From the IMG/VR virus record IMGVR_UViG_3300021081_000002, positions 1-57,647 of that record: a stretch of DNA of 57,647 nucleotides. The stretch is one strand, 5' to 3'. Within the stretch, counting starts at the first letter, position 1. Each line of letters starts with the position of its first letter. Made by a program: the position numbers and the translations under genes. The stretch is from a virus (taxonomy: Duplodnaviria > Caudoviricetes). The notes below the pieces were generated by a model. It was given only the letters and a program-made list of their open reading frames with translations, was not told the DNA's origin and did not search any database. Below are positions 34,208 to 44,700 of this stretch, piece after piece.

Positions 34208-34721
34208 GCCGGAGAAGAAGGAGCCGATGGCGGGGCTGCCCGAGTTCATGAAGGAGGAGCCGGGGCTGAAGAAGGAGGACCCTGGATTGATGAAGGACAA
34301 GGCCATCACTGAATCGTATGTCGGGAAGAATTTTCTCGATCCTACGGTGAATCATCAGGAAGAAGACTGGGAGGAAGAGGACGACGACGAAGAGTGGTTC
34401 GACGGTGACGACCTCTCTGAGATCTTCCGTGCACCGGCACGGCAGGAGCTTCTAGAGGACGCTATCCTCGCGACCACTCAGCAACGCAACAACTCCTACG
34501 GTCCTCCGACTCAAGACTTCCGCCGTATCGCTGGGATGCTGAACGCGATGGGGTTTCGCTTCTTTGGGGACTTCGGCGCTGACGACATCCAACCTCATCA
34601 CGTCGCGATGATCATGATGGCACTGAAGCTAAGCCGTCTGACTTGGGACCCGCAGAACAGAGATTCGTGGCTCGATATTGGTGGCTACTCTGCTTGTGGG
34701 TATGAATGTACCGTTTCGTAA
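34197..34721 (+). CDS. DUF6378-like protein (putative nucleotide hydrolase)
   Basis: R...YG.P...F.RIA...VAM.M..LKLSR......DSWLDI.GY.ACG. Confidence 0.75.
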   Translation: MKTEPEKKEPMAGLPEFMKEEPGLKKEDPGLMKDKAITESYVGKNFLDPTVNHQEEDWEEEDDDEEWFDGDDLSEIFRAPARQELLEDAILATTQQRNNSYGPPTQDFRRIAGMLNAMGFRFFGDFGADDIQPHHVAMIMMALKLSRLTWDPQNRDSWLDIGGYSACGYECTVS

Positions 34722-35053
34722 GTGATGATCGGTGGGTGCCTGAACCTAACACGGGGTGTTGGTTATGGCTACTGAGCCTTAATAGCTCAGGCTACGGTCA
34801 ACATCGACTTTACTATGAACATTACCGAGGAAAGATTCCTAAGGGAATGACAATAGATCATTTGTGCGGGACCCCGGCTTGTGTTAATCCAGATCATATG
34901 GAGGTGGTTACCTATTCAGAGAATAACCGTCGTAAGGCCGGGCCATACCAGCATGGTACTCGGAGAATGTATGATGGACAGCGCTGTAGGTGTGATAAGT
35001 GTCGAGCATTCAACACCGCTAGACATCGTGCCTATATTGAGAGGCGCCTATGA
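34706..35053 (+). CDS. HNH endonuclease
   Basis: GCWLW, GYG, IDHLC....CVNPDHME.VT..EN. Confidence 0.88.
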   Translation: MYRFVSDDRWVPEPNTGCWLWLLSLNSSGYGQHRLYYEHYRGKIPKGMTIDHLCGTPACVNPDHMEVVTYSENNRRKAGPYQHGTRRMYDGQRCRCDKCRAFNTARHRAYIERRL

Positions 35054-35772
35054 GGGTCCTGTTCTTGGACATTGAAACCTCCCCCAATCTTGCGCACGTC
35101 TGGGGCCTATTCAATCAGAACGTCTCGCTCAACCAACTACGGGAGTCAAGCTACACCCTATGCTTCGCAGCGAAGTGGCGGGGTGAAAAGAAGGTGATGT
35201 TCTACCGGAGCGACGACATGATCGAGCAAGCGTGGCGGCTGTTGGATGAAGCTGATGTCGTCACCCACTACTACGGCAAACACTTCGACATCCCGACGCT
35301 GAATAAGGAGTTCGTAGTCCGAGGGTACCGCCCGCCAAGCCCGTATAAGCAAGTAGATCTGTGCGCCGTAGTGAAGAAATGCTTCCGCTTCCCGAGTAAC
35401 AAACTCGCGTACGTCAGCGAGGCGTTGGGGTTGGACGGGAAGGTTAAGCATGAGGGCCACGAACTGTGGGTGAAGGTGATGGCAGGGGATGCGAAGGCTT
35501 GGAAGGAGATGGAGACATACAACAAGAGGGACGTTACCCTACTCGAAGAATTAGAGGCCGTGCTGCTCCCGTGGATCTCGAACTATCCGAGCTCGCGACT
35601 CTACGACGGCACTATTACAACCTGTCCGACGTGCATGATCGGCTCGCTCCAACGGCGCGGCTTCGCCTATACAGCGACGGGGAAGTATCAGCGATACGTC
35701 TGTTTGGATTGCGGTTCGTGGACTAGAGACACTAAGAGAATCGAGGGTGTGGATTTGGTGGGTGTGGTATGA
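35050..35772 (+). CDS. RNase H-like 3'-5' exonuclease with C-terminal zinc ribbon
   Basis: FLDIET, FDIP, YNKRDV (DEDD-type), CPTC...CLDCG. Confidence 0.88.
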   Translation: MRVLFLDIETSPNLAHVWGLFNQNVSLNQLRESSYTLCFAAKWRGEKKVMFYRSDDMIEQAWRLLDEADVVTHYYGKHFDIPTLNKEFVVRGYRPPSPYKQVDLCAVVKKCFRFPSNKLAYVSEALGLDGKVKHEGHELWVKVMAGDAKAWKEMETYNKRDVTLLEELEAVLLPWISNYPSSRLYDGTITTCPTCMIGSLQRRGFAYTATGKYQRYVCLDCGSWTRDTKRIEGVDLVGVV

Positions 35773-36404
35773 GCGAAGATTTCTACAGTGTGTGGGAGGG
35801 TGATGTCTCCAGGATAGCTACGTTCGTCGCTAAAGACTTCCCGGACGTCGACGCCGAGGACATCTCCCAAGAGATGATGTTGTGGTTGTGGGAGAAGGGG
35901 AGGGTGAAGTTCAACAACCCCGACGCCGCTGGTGCGAGCACTGCGTTGTTCTGGTTGGCGAAGAAGATCGCGGGGGACTACCGACGGCAGCACCTCACTA
36001 TCTCCAGTCAGTACTCGTACAAAACCAGTGATGTGAAACAAATACTGGAGTCGATCTTCTCAGTCGAAGACTGGGCGACTGCGTTTATCCCGGAGGACTG
36101 TCGGGCCGAGGAGTTCGATGAGCACATGGCGATCTACAGCGATGTCGCCTGGGCATACGAAAACCTCCCAGCCCAGTACCAGAACGCCATCTACGGACGG
36201 TACTACCACGGGATCGAGTATGAGTCTGATAGTAACGGTCGACGGACCCTTAACCGAGCAATTGAGAAGCTGGCGGACGTCCTCAACACCTACTCCCGAG
36301 GTGATAGACGCCGAGTGGCAATCAGTAACGCCAACGCCAGATACATTATCGCCAACGCCAATGACGTCAACCTCTCAGACAGAACCGTCAACAACGGTCC
36401 GTGA
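35769..36404 (+). CDS. Sigma-factor-like transcription regulator
   Basis: Region-2-like DAEDISQEMMLWLWE and region-4-like LP..YQ.AI..RY...RAIEKL. Confidence 0.7.
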   Translation: MSEDFYSVWEGDVSRIATFVAKDFPDVDAEDISQEMMLWLWEKGRVKFNNPDAAGASTALFWLAKKIAGDYRRQHLTISSQYSYKTSDVKQILESIFSVEDWATAFIPEDCRAEEFDEHMAIYSDVAWAYENLPAQYQNAIYGRYYHGIEYESDSNGRRTLNRAIEKLADVLNTYSRGDRRRVAISNANARYIIANANDVNLSDRTVNNGP

Positions 36405-36520
36405 GGCGTATCTCCTAGTGAGGGAGGCTCTTACTGAGCCGTATCGGGGGAGGGTGGGGACGTACGGTCCGGACGCTGCTAGACTGTTGGTGGAGCTGTA
36501 CGACGCAGTAGGGAGAGAGT

Positions 36521-37210
36521 ATGAAGGTGTGGCTGATCGGGTACACGAAGATAGACTTCTTCGACCAGCCGGGGCTTGAGGAGGAGGTGGCCCCGTGGTA
36601 TCCGGGCTACGACGACGACGCCGACACTCTAGCTGAGTTCGCCGGCCGTGCCTGCTACCAGTCGTGGGACCGTCCGAACCCTGCTACGGCTAACAACAAG
36701 GATTACCTCAAACACATCCTCGAAGTGAACCACCAATCCGTCCTAGAGCATAACTCCTACACATTCTATTGTGTGGGAGTTAGCCGTACCTTGACCCACG
36801 AACTGATCCGGCACCGCCACCTCTCCTTCTCGGAGCTGTCTCAGAGATACGTCGATCTTGCAGGGTATGACACCATCTGCCCCCCTGATATCGTCGGTAA
36901 GGACACCCCCGGGTTGACTAGAACCTGTTCGTGGGCGGTGGTTTCTGCCCACAACGCTTATGATATGGTCATGGCCACCCTCCTCGGTGAGGGGAAGAAG
37001 CGGAAGGAAGCGCGGCAGGCAGCGCGGGCCTTCCTGCCGGCGGGGATGGAGACTAAGATCGTCGTCTCGGGGAATGCTCGGGCGTGGCGGCACGTTATCG
37101 AGATGCGGGAGTCGCCTCAAGCTGACGCCGAGATCCAGGAGTTCGCACGAGAGATACACCGGAAGCTACTAAACCACTCACCGAATCTGTTCCAACAACT
37201 AGGAGAATGA
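36521..37210 (+). CDS. thyX: Flavin-dependent thymidylate synthase
   Basis: AGRACY, H.SVLEH, RHRHLSFSELSQR signature, N.RAWRH, ADAEI. Confidence 0.95.
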   Translation: MKVWLIGYTKIDFFDQPGLEEEVAPWYPGYDDDADTLAEFAGRACYQSWDRPNPATANNKDYLKHILEVNHQSVLEHNSYTFYCVGVSRTLTHELIRHRHLSFSELSQRYVDLAGYDTICPPDIVGKDTPGLTRTCSWAVVSAHNAYDMVMATLLGEGKKRKEARQAARAFLPAGMETKIVVSGNARAWRHVIEMRESPQADAEIQEFAREIHRKLLNHSPNLFQQLGE

Positions 37211-37539
37211 CAGTGACTCAGACTGGAACACCGCTCTTCCACAAAGCGAAGATGATCGAGCACCTGTCGGAAGTCGTCTCAGTTATTCAGGAGAGAGGGT
37301 GGTGCCGGGGGATGCTGACGAACCACGATACTGGAGCTGTCTGTATCGTCGGAGCGCATAACGTCGCGGTTGACGCCCGCGACGAAGATGATGTGTGGTC
37401 TCAACTCGAATTCGCTCGGGCGCTCGGGTTTGATTCAATCGAGCAGGTGGTTATGTGGAATGATTTTAAGGCAGAAGATCAGGACGACGTCATGGAGTTC
37501 ATACTTCAGCGAATCGAGAGGATTGTACAGACAGCATAG
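37207..37539 (+). CDS. Hypothetical protein (DUF6197-like)
   Basis: GWC.G......G.VCIVGA...WND. Confidence 0.6.
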   Translation: MTVTQTGTPLFHKAKMIEHLSEVVSVIQERGWCRGMLTNHDTGAVCIVGAHNVAVDARDEDDVWSQLEFARALGFDSIEQVVMWNDFKAEDQDDVMEFILQRIERIVQTA

Positions 37540-37544
37540 AGACG

Positions 37545-37585
37545 AAAAAAGAGGGGGTCAGCCATCGGGCTGACCCCCTTCTTTG
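37545..37585. terminator. Bidirectional intrinsic terminator between the two arms
   Basis: A-run, GGGGTCAGCC/GGCTGACCCC stem, then TTCTTT. Confidence 0.85.
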
Positions 37586-37593
37586 TGTCTGTT

Positions 37594-37767
37594 CTACTGT
37601 ACGTTTGGACTCCGGCGAGTGTTCGGGATGGCGTACACACCCAGTACAGTCAGCACTGTCAGCGCGATCTCGATCCCGTCGTTGACCGAGAAGACGTTGT
37701 CGCTGAGGTAGTACGCAGCGGCGCCGAGGGCCGCGACGATAGCCTTCCCATAGGGACCTAGATTCAT
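37594..37767 (-). CDS. Holin
   Basis: Y.KAIVAALGA...LTVLGVYAIPN, two TM segments. AAGGAG RBS. Confidence 0.75.
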   Translation of the reverse strand: MNLGPYGKAIVAALGAAAYYLSDNVFSVNDGIEIALTVLTVLGVYAIPNTRRSPNVQ

Positions 37768-37864
37768 CGATTTACTCCTTCGTGGTGGGGGTGATGGCTT
37801 GGGGCCTGGCAGGGTGATCTCACACTTCTCCTCGTACTCGTACTCTTCGCCTTCGTAGGTCAGT

Positions 37865-38548
37865 CTAGCCAACTTTCCACAACTCCATGAACGACCCCGC
37901 TAAACAGATAGAGTCCGAACCGGCGGCGGCATACTTCGCGAAGTAGAACCCGATGACTCCGGTGTTGGCGCCAACTTGTCCGAAGAGATGAAGTAAAGCG
38001 TAGGACGGTGCGGCTGTTACCGCTGGAGCTCCAGCGACGATGGAGTTGGTTTCGCTGTTGTACTCCATGTTCGTGATAAGATCTCTTGCTGTCGTGGCAC
38101 CAGCCTCCAGCGCGATCGAACCGACGGAGACGGAACACGACGGCGGACCGATACAGTTAATTTTGAAGTCGTTGGAGTGCTGGCAGAAGTAGAGGAGATT
38201 GATTCGGCCAACGTACTTCGAGTTCGTCTCGACGGACAGTAGCATCGCTGAGTCTGCCACTAGAGTAGTACCCGTAGCGTTCTGGTTCGAGGGCTTGTAC
38301 GCGACACGGGGGACGGCAGAAACCCACGTCGTGCCGTTGTATCGATACGTCTCCTTCGTACCTGAGACGTAGCACATCATTCCCTCGGTCGGGGCAGAGA
38401 TCCTGGTATCCCGGACGGCAACAGTCGTAAACCGGGGGAGGATGAATTGGTCGATGGCATTAGCGAATGGCTGGATGGCGGTCTCGATATTGGGAGAGTC
38501 CGCCAACTGCGGGATCTGGAACTGATTGATCGGGGTAACTGTTGACAC
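37865..38548 (-). CDS. Minor tail / fibre protein
   Basis: RF.T...RD..I.APTEGM.CYV...Y.YNGT.W motif. AAGGAG RBS. Confidence 0.7.
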   Translation of the reverse strand: MSTVTPINQFQIPQLADSPNIETAIQPFANAIDQFILPRFTTVAVRDTRISAPTEGMMCYVSGTKETYRYNGTTWVSAVPRVAYKPSNQNATGTTLVADSAMLLSVETNSKYVGRINLLYFCQHSNDFKINCIGPPSCSVSVGSIALEAGATTARDLITNMEYNSETNSIVAGAPAVTAAPSYALLHLFGQVGANTGVIGFYFAKYAAAGSDSICLAGSFMELWKVG

Positions 38549-38556
38549 GATTCTCC

Positions 38557-38922
38557 TTAGAGGAACCAGAGTGTTGAATCGACTACGATATCTCCGGTGA
38601 TGACACCGACTATTACTATCGGCATCCCCTTCGCTACGAGCACGAGACACTGGTCGTTAGCCGTCAGGGTTCCGACATGCTTCAGCTTCCGGACGTTGTG
38701 ATGCTCGATCCCCTCGGCAATGATGTAGCTAAGCTTCGGGTCGGTCTCCTCGGCGACGAAGCTAGCCTGTAGCCACCGAGTGCCACTGTTGTCCACCATC
38801 GTCTGGATGGCCTGGACTACGGCGTCAACGACGTTCACTGGGGTCACCGGCGCCGGTCCCGGCTCGTAGGTGGGTAGCGTCGGCTGAGTAGGGGGTAACG
38901 GTCCCTGACTACTGGGCTGCAT
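38557..38922 (-). CDS. Tail-associated hypothetical protein
   Basis: Position after the baseplate-hub-like gene. Confidence 0.5.
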   Translation of the reverse strand: MQPSSQGPLPPTQPTLPTYEPGPAPVTPVNVVDAVVQAIQTMVDNSGTRWLQASFVAEETDPKLSYIIAEGIEHHNVRKLKHVGTLTANDQCLVLVAKGMPIVIVGVITGDIVVDSTLWFL

Positions 38923-40078
38923 ACTGAGTACTCCTAGTGCCTATTTGCATCTTCCCGTTGAGGAGGTCGATGTCGATGGAGTCGACGAGGTGTAACTCAA
39001 ACGTCCCATTCAGGAACCCGACCGTGATCATATCTCCTGGGTCGAGGGCAGGGTTGCAGAGGGCATCGAAGCTTAGCGTCCGACTAAGGCCGACGGTACT
39101 GCGGAGTTTTGAGATCGCAGCGGCGTAAGCCTGACTGTCGGACGAGATCGCAGCGTTGCTGACCCGGAGAGTCTTCTTCCCGAAGGGCCCGTTGTAGTAG
39201 GTCTTCGACCGTGTGTCGAGGTCATAGACGGCAGCGAAAGCTTGAGGCTTCCCTTCCTGTCCGGTTGCTCCCAGCATCACGACGGAGTTATAGGTGTTGC
39301 TTCGGCTGACGATCCTCGCTGCGGTCATCAAAACCCCGGTACCCTCACCTACTCCACACTCCCACACCGAGTCGGCGGCGTCCGACTCATCTGTGATGAT
39401 TGGCGGTGGCCTGACCTGGCACATCCCGTCACGGTCGAAGTAGACCTCTCCACCCATCGACAACGCGAGATCCTCGGCCATCTTCCACCGGTCAGTGGCG
39501 CCGTTGTAGAACCCCGTCGGGATGAGGAAGTCGGTGATGCCTGACTGGAGGGTCACCGTCCAGAGCGGGTGGTTGTCAGCCCACCCAGGGGCAGCACCCT
39601 CTACGGTGGTTCGGAGGGCCTGGCTAGCGTAGTCTCCACCGAATAACTGTGGTCCGGAGTCAGCGACGTGCGTCGACATATCGTACACACGTTGGGCGCG
39701 GTCGAACATCGCAACCTCGGGGAACAAACCAGTGGCCTCGTCCCCCGAGATATCGTCTATTCCGAAGATACCCATCGGAATCAACTCTTCGGTGTTGTCG
39801 GCGTACACGAACCCAGTCCGGACTACCATCTCTGTGCCGTAGGGGTTCAACTCAGAGGAGTTGTCGATCAGGGGGAACAGTGCGGGGTCGCCGACAGTGA
39901 TGTTTCCACTCCGTCGACTCCGGCTGCCTGAGTCACACTTAATACTCCCAGCTACTACCGGGATGTCATTCTCAATACGGACCCAGCTACTACCTGCTCC
40001 GTAGTAGAGGTCGACGACAGTCTTACGTCTCCCCCCTTGAGCGATTGTCTGGAGGAAGCGATCGGATACCGAATACAC
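38909..40078 (-). CDS. Minor tail protein (DUF5047-like baseplate hub)
   Basis: MYSVSDRFL, L.PYG.E, YFDRDG, YN.V, GPFG, NPALDPGD. Confidence 0.8.
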   Translation of the reverse strand: MYSVSDRFLQTIAQGGRRKTVVDLYYGAGSSWVRIENDIPVVAGSIKCDSGSRSRRSGNITVGDPALFPLIDNSSELNPYGTEMVVRTGFVYADNTEELIPMGIFGIDDISGDEATGLFPEVAMFDRAQRVYDMSTHVADSGPQLFGGDYASQALRTTVEGAAPGWADNHPLWTVTLQSGITDFLIPTGFYNGATDRWKMAEDLALSMGGEVYFDRDGMCQVRPPPIITDESDAADSVWECGVGEGTGVLMTAARIVSRSNTYNSVVMLGATGQEGKPQAFAAVYDLDTRSKTYYNGPFGKKTLRVSNAAISSDSQAYAAAISKLRSTVGLSRTLSFDALCNPALDPGDMITVGFLNGTFELHLVDSIDIDLLNGKMQIGTRSTQYAAQ

Positions 40079-40081
40079 GAC

Positions 40082-41776
40082 TCACTCTCCATCCAATAGG
40101 ACATCCAACCAATTCGTATTTGCGGTCGAAACCCCAACCGAGACGTCGCCCCAGTTGTCGTTGACGTCCAAGACATTTTGCCACGTACTAGTGACGGCCT
40201 GGCTAAGGGTGGCCGGTCGGTCAGTCTCGATGAACTGCACTGTGATCTCGTAGTAGGGGTAGTCGAGTGTGATATCTCCGTACTGCGCAGCCAGTCTATT
40301 CAATCGGTGGATCGAGATAGAGTCGATGACGAAATAGAAGTCCGGGATGCCCGCAATCATCGCACTCCGGTGTCGCATCATCAGGATGTTTCCCCGGTTG
40401 AAGAAGTCCTCGATCCTCTTCGGCCCTGTCGGGGTACCGTAGCTGGCAGCGGTCAGGAACCCACGGTCAGCCGTCAACGCCGGGGGGGTGTTATCCGTCC
40501 GGCTTGGCGAGACATTCATCGCGAGGATAGTGAAGGATCCCGTCATGCCCGCTGACGTATCAGTGACGATCACTGGATTTCGTCGGCCGAGGACCTTATG
40601 ATTCCCGAGGATCGCTCCCGCTCGGTCGTAGGTGTCGAATTGCATCACCATCACGGGGATATCGACACTCGGAGCGATGGGGTCAGAGATGAACGTCACT
40701 GGACAGGTGGAGTACGGAGCAAAGAACCCATCCGCAGCCGCCGCAGTGGCGTAGTCTGTTGCCGGTGTCACTGGGCCTACGGTGACGGTGGCGTTAAATA
40801 TCCCACCGGAGTATACCGTGATGTCGTAGTAGTGTTGCTCGACGAGTACCTCACGACCCGAGAAGTGAAACTCGATGTCGTCGAGGACCGCTGAGCTTGT
40901 CGGGATGTCCTGGTAGTCACCACCACGCACCGGCACCGTAGCGTATTCACCGGAGACTCCGCGTCTCTCAATCTTCCATTGATCGAATGGGCCGAGGCCA
41001 GTAATGGTGAGTTGGTATCTCGGTTGGATGTGGAAGTCCGTATCTGGGACGATAGAGACAGCGGGATCGGTGACCTCCCGGATACGTAGCATCATGCTCG
41101 TACCGGAGCCAGTGAACGCCGCAGCGGTTCCACCGGCTGTAGCGGGCCCACTCTGGGTCGTACCGGCAGTGATTAGTGCTTGGTTGATAAGTAGCCTGCC
41201 GTCATCCCCGAGGGTGGTGGCGTTGTTAGCGAGGTTAGTTACCGTACCTACTGTTAACCCGGGGACAGTGATGGTTGGGACTGTCCACGTCCCGGAGTCG
41301 GAGTTCATCCCCGTCACCGAGAAGAGCTGGTCGCCGTTGAGAGCGACGAAATTCCCGATGTTGCTGTTTGTGGAGTAGTTCGCACCGTCGGTGGTGTCCC
41401 GAGCAGTGCTGGCTTTGAACGCAAAGGTCTTCCCAGCCGTCCGGTGGCAGGTGATCATCTGGCCTTGCATCACGGTGGAGTTACCGGGAGTAGTCAGGGT
41501 AGTGACCGCGCTCCCAGTGACACCGTATTTGAAGAAGCAAGCGATGTTTACGATACCGGTATCAGCCGCAGAGCCCACGGGGAACCCGAGGAACTCGTTA
41601 AGCTTCACCCACCCACCTTCAGGTGGAGCCCACGTCACCGTACCGGTACCGTAAATCGTCTTGCTGGTGAGGAACAGGAAGGTGACATCACTGTCGACCT
41701 GCCCGGCCGGAGCCGCCACTGTCAGCGGTGCTGAAGCAGAGGCGGCGTACGCACCTAAGGTATATGTAATAGCCAT
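40082..41776 (-). CDS. Minor tail (distal-tail-like) protein with Thr/Gly-rich N-terminal domain
   Basis: Directly after the tape measure gene; VLGRRNPVIVTD motif. Confidence 0.7.
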   Translation of the reverse strand: MAITYTLGAYAASASAPLTVAAPAGQVDSDVTFLFLTSKTIYGTGTVTWAPPEGGWVKLNEFLGFPVGSAADTGIVNIACFFKYGVTGSAVTTLTTPGNSTVMQGQMITCHRTAGKTFAFKASTARDTTDGANYSTNSNIGNFVALNGDQLFSVTGMNSDSGTWTVPTITVPGLTVGTVTNLANNATTLGDDGRLLINQALITAGTTQSGPATAGGTAAAFTGSGTSMMLRIREVTDPAVSIVPDTDFHIQPRYQLTITGLGPFDQWKIERRGVSGEYATVPVRGGDYQDIPTSSAVLDDIEFHFSGREVLVEQHYYDITVYSGGIFNATVTVGPVTPATDYATAAAADGFFAPYSTCPVTFISDPIAPSVDIPVMVMQFDTYDRAGAILGNHKVLGRRNPVIVTDTSAGMTGSFTILAMNVSPSRTDNTPPALTADRGFLTAASYGTPTGPKRIEDFFNRGNILMMRHRSAMIAGIPDFYFVIDSISIHRLNRLAAQYGDITLDYPYYEITVQFIETDRPATLSQAVTSTWQNVLDVNDNWGDVSVGVSTANTNWLDVLLDGE

Positions 41777-44700
41777 TAGATTCCCCTACCTCTATCCAGT
41801 GCGTTAATCAGTTCGGCGTTATTCTTTTGGACCTCTACCCTTGCGGCGTGTAGCACACCATCGACGTACACCAATACTGTAGTGTCGCCGCCAGCGTCGG
41901 CCGTCTCTTTTCGGAGGAGATCGGAGTTCACCAACGGCTCTGGTTTGCCGGTGTTGTTGTTGATGATGCTTGTCCCCGTAGGCAGCATTCCTCCCTGGTC
42001 GAATACCAATCCACCACCGAAGAAGCCCGGGTAGCCAGCCTGCTTCAGCAGAGCCATAGCCTGCGGTACGACAGCCTGATACCTCCCAGGGAAGGCTGAC
42101 TTCTGGACATTCTGAGCGGACTGGCCGATAGAACCGAGATCCTGATACCGAGAGAGGAAGTTAGCAGCCTGGAACGCCGGGCTAGCAAGCTGGGCGAGAC
42201 TGCCCCAACCCTGACTCGTACGTTGCTGGAGAACGCCAATGGAGTCGTGGTCAAGCATCTTGAGGATGTTCCTCCAGCCTGACTCGACGATCCCAGCCGC
42301 GACCATCGCCAACACCGCATTCTTACTCGCGTTCATCAGCTTCGCTTGCTCAAGAGCCTCGAACAGTGGCGAACCTTGAGCCGTCGAGATAGGCCCACCA
42401 TAGGGCCCGGACGCGTTTTGGTTTGACAGCTGTTTCTCGTACTCTTCGGTGATCTTCTTCTTGATCCCCTCGACCATCTTATCTAGGACGGCGGGGGCCA
42501 TCTCAGCCGCGACGTTCCCCTTCGGAAACAGCTTCTTAGCTTCGCCGATGACAGGTTCGAGCATGTTCTTAAAGACCCACGCCAGACCCTTCTTGAAGAA
42601 CTTATTCAGGGCTGCCAGCGGGCCACCTCCACCACCAGTGGAGAAGATGCCGTAGTCACCGGCTGAAGTACGGTGGATTAGTTCGACAACCCCAGGGAAG
42701 TGACCGAAGAACTCAGCGAGTTTGTCTTGGTTGAAGCCGGGGAAGTCCACGGCCTTACCTGCTCCGTGGAAGTCCTTAGCACCAGGACGAACGGTCGAGC
42801 CGACCGTGTGGCCGACACCTGACTGTTTCGCGGCAGCGATGACAGCTTGATAACCGGCACCCATAGCGGCGTGCACGTGGTCCTTGTGCTCATTCATCAA
42901 GCCTTCGTTGTCACCGTTGGCGCCAATCCAGACGATCTTCTTAGCGAAGCCTTGAGGCAAGCCACCGGAGGTGCCGTTGATTACCCCACCACCACCGAAG
43001 AATTTTAGGTGGTCACCCTTTCGGGGCCTGGTATCGCTTCGTTTCCGATCCCCTACTACATGGAAGTTCGTCTTCCAGGGCTTGATTGCTTTGTTCTGGA
43101 AGTTAGAAGCTGTCTTCTGTTGGGTTCTGCCAGCGTTGATCGCCCGGAGGAGGTGGATGTTAGACGCGGTCGCTTTCTTGTTGACCACGAACTCACCACG
43201 CGAGCCCATCAGCGGGACGCGGTCCTCGCGTCCACCACCTTGCCCAGTGATTGGCCGACCAGGACGGGTCCGCTTCCAGTTGCTACCGAGCGGGCCACCA
43301 TGAGCTAGCTCGACAGGACCGCCATCAGCAAGGCCACCGACGAGTCCACCGCCAGCTAGTCCGGGGATGTCCGGAATCTTGAAGGAGACCCCGAGCTTCC
43401 CGAGCATCCCGTTGATCAGCCCGATGCCTTTGTTGAAGATGCCGATGACGGAGTTAATCCCACCCTTCACTCCATCTGCAATCTTCTTCATCGTGCCTAG
43501 CAGGAATTGGTGCATCCCAGTCCAGGCATCATTCCAGCCCTTGTGGACTGCGTTGACAGCGGCGAAGAACAGGTTCTTAATCTGCTCCCACCACGCTCTA
43601 CCGGTAGCGAGGATCTGAGTCCAGGTATCGAGTACGAACCGGTGGATCGCAGACCACGCAGAGTTCCACGCACCGTGCAGCAAATTCAGTGCCGATTCGA
43701 AGAGCTGCCGAATCTGTGCCCACCACGCCGCACCAGTCTGGAAAATTTGTTGCCAGGTCTGGACGACGAAGAGATGGATGGCATTCCACACTGTCTGCCA
43801 TATCAACTGGAGGAAGTTCAACGCCGCTTGGAACAACTGCATCATGAAGTTCCAGAACTGCTGGGCAGCGTTGCTGATTGCACCAGCAACAGCCAGGAAG
43901 AACTGGACGCAGAAGTTCCAGACCGCACTCCAAATAGCCTGGATGAAATTCAATCCAGCCTGGAAGATAGCAGTTAGGAAAGCCCAGAATGCCTGAGCGA
44001 AGGCAATGATAGTACTGACTACCGCCATGAAGAACTGAACTACGAAGTTCCACACGGCTCCCCATATGGCCTGGATGAAGTTCAGCCCAGCGGAGAATAT
44101 CGCTGTCAGGAAGGACCACAACACCGCAGCCCATTGCATCACCGTCTGCCACACGAAGACAACGAGGTTCAATACAAACGTCCACACCGCCGACCACAGT
44201 TGGAAGATGAAGTTCAGTCCGAAGTTAAACCACTGGATAAGGACGTTCCAGAAGACAACCGCAGCTGTAGCGATGGCATTCCACACGGCCATCACGAAGC
44301 CACCGATGAATCCCCAGACGACATTCCAAAGGTTCAAGATGAAGTTCAACCCGAAGTTGAACCACGCTATGAGGATGTTCCAGAAGGCGACTGCGGCGGC
44401 AGCTATCCAGTTCCATATTCCGATGACGAACGGAGCTACCCATCCCCATGTAGCGTTCCAGATAATCCGGATGAAGTTCAGGCCGTTGTTAAACCATCCG
44501 ATGAGGAGATTCCAGAAGGCAACAACCCCAGCAGTGATGGCCTGCCATGCCGCGACAGCGACAGCATTCAGCCCGTTCCACGTCACACTCCAGAGCCACG
44601 CGATAAACCGGAGTCCGTTATCGAAGTTCCTAACCATCCACATCACTGCGAAGACGATCAACCCGATGGCGGCACCGACGATGCCGACAGCTAGGACGAT

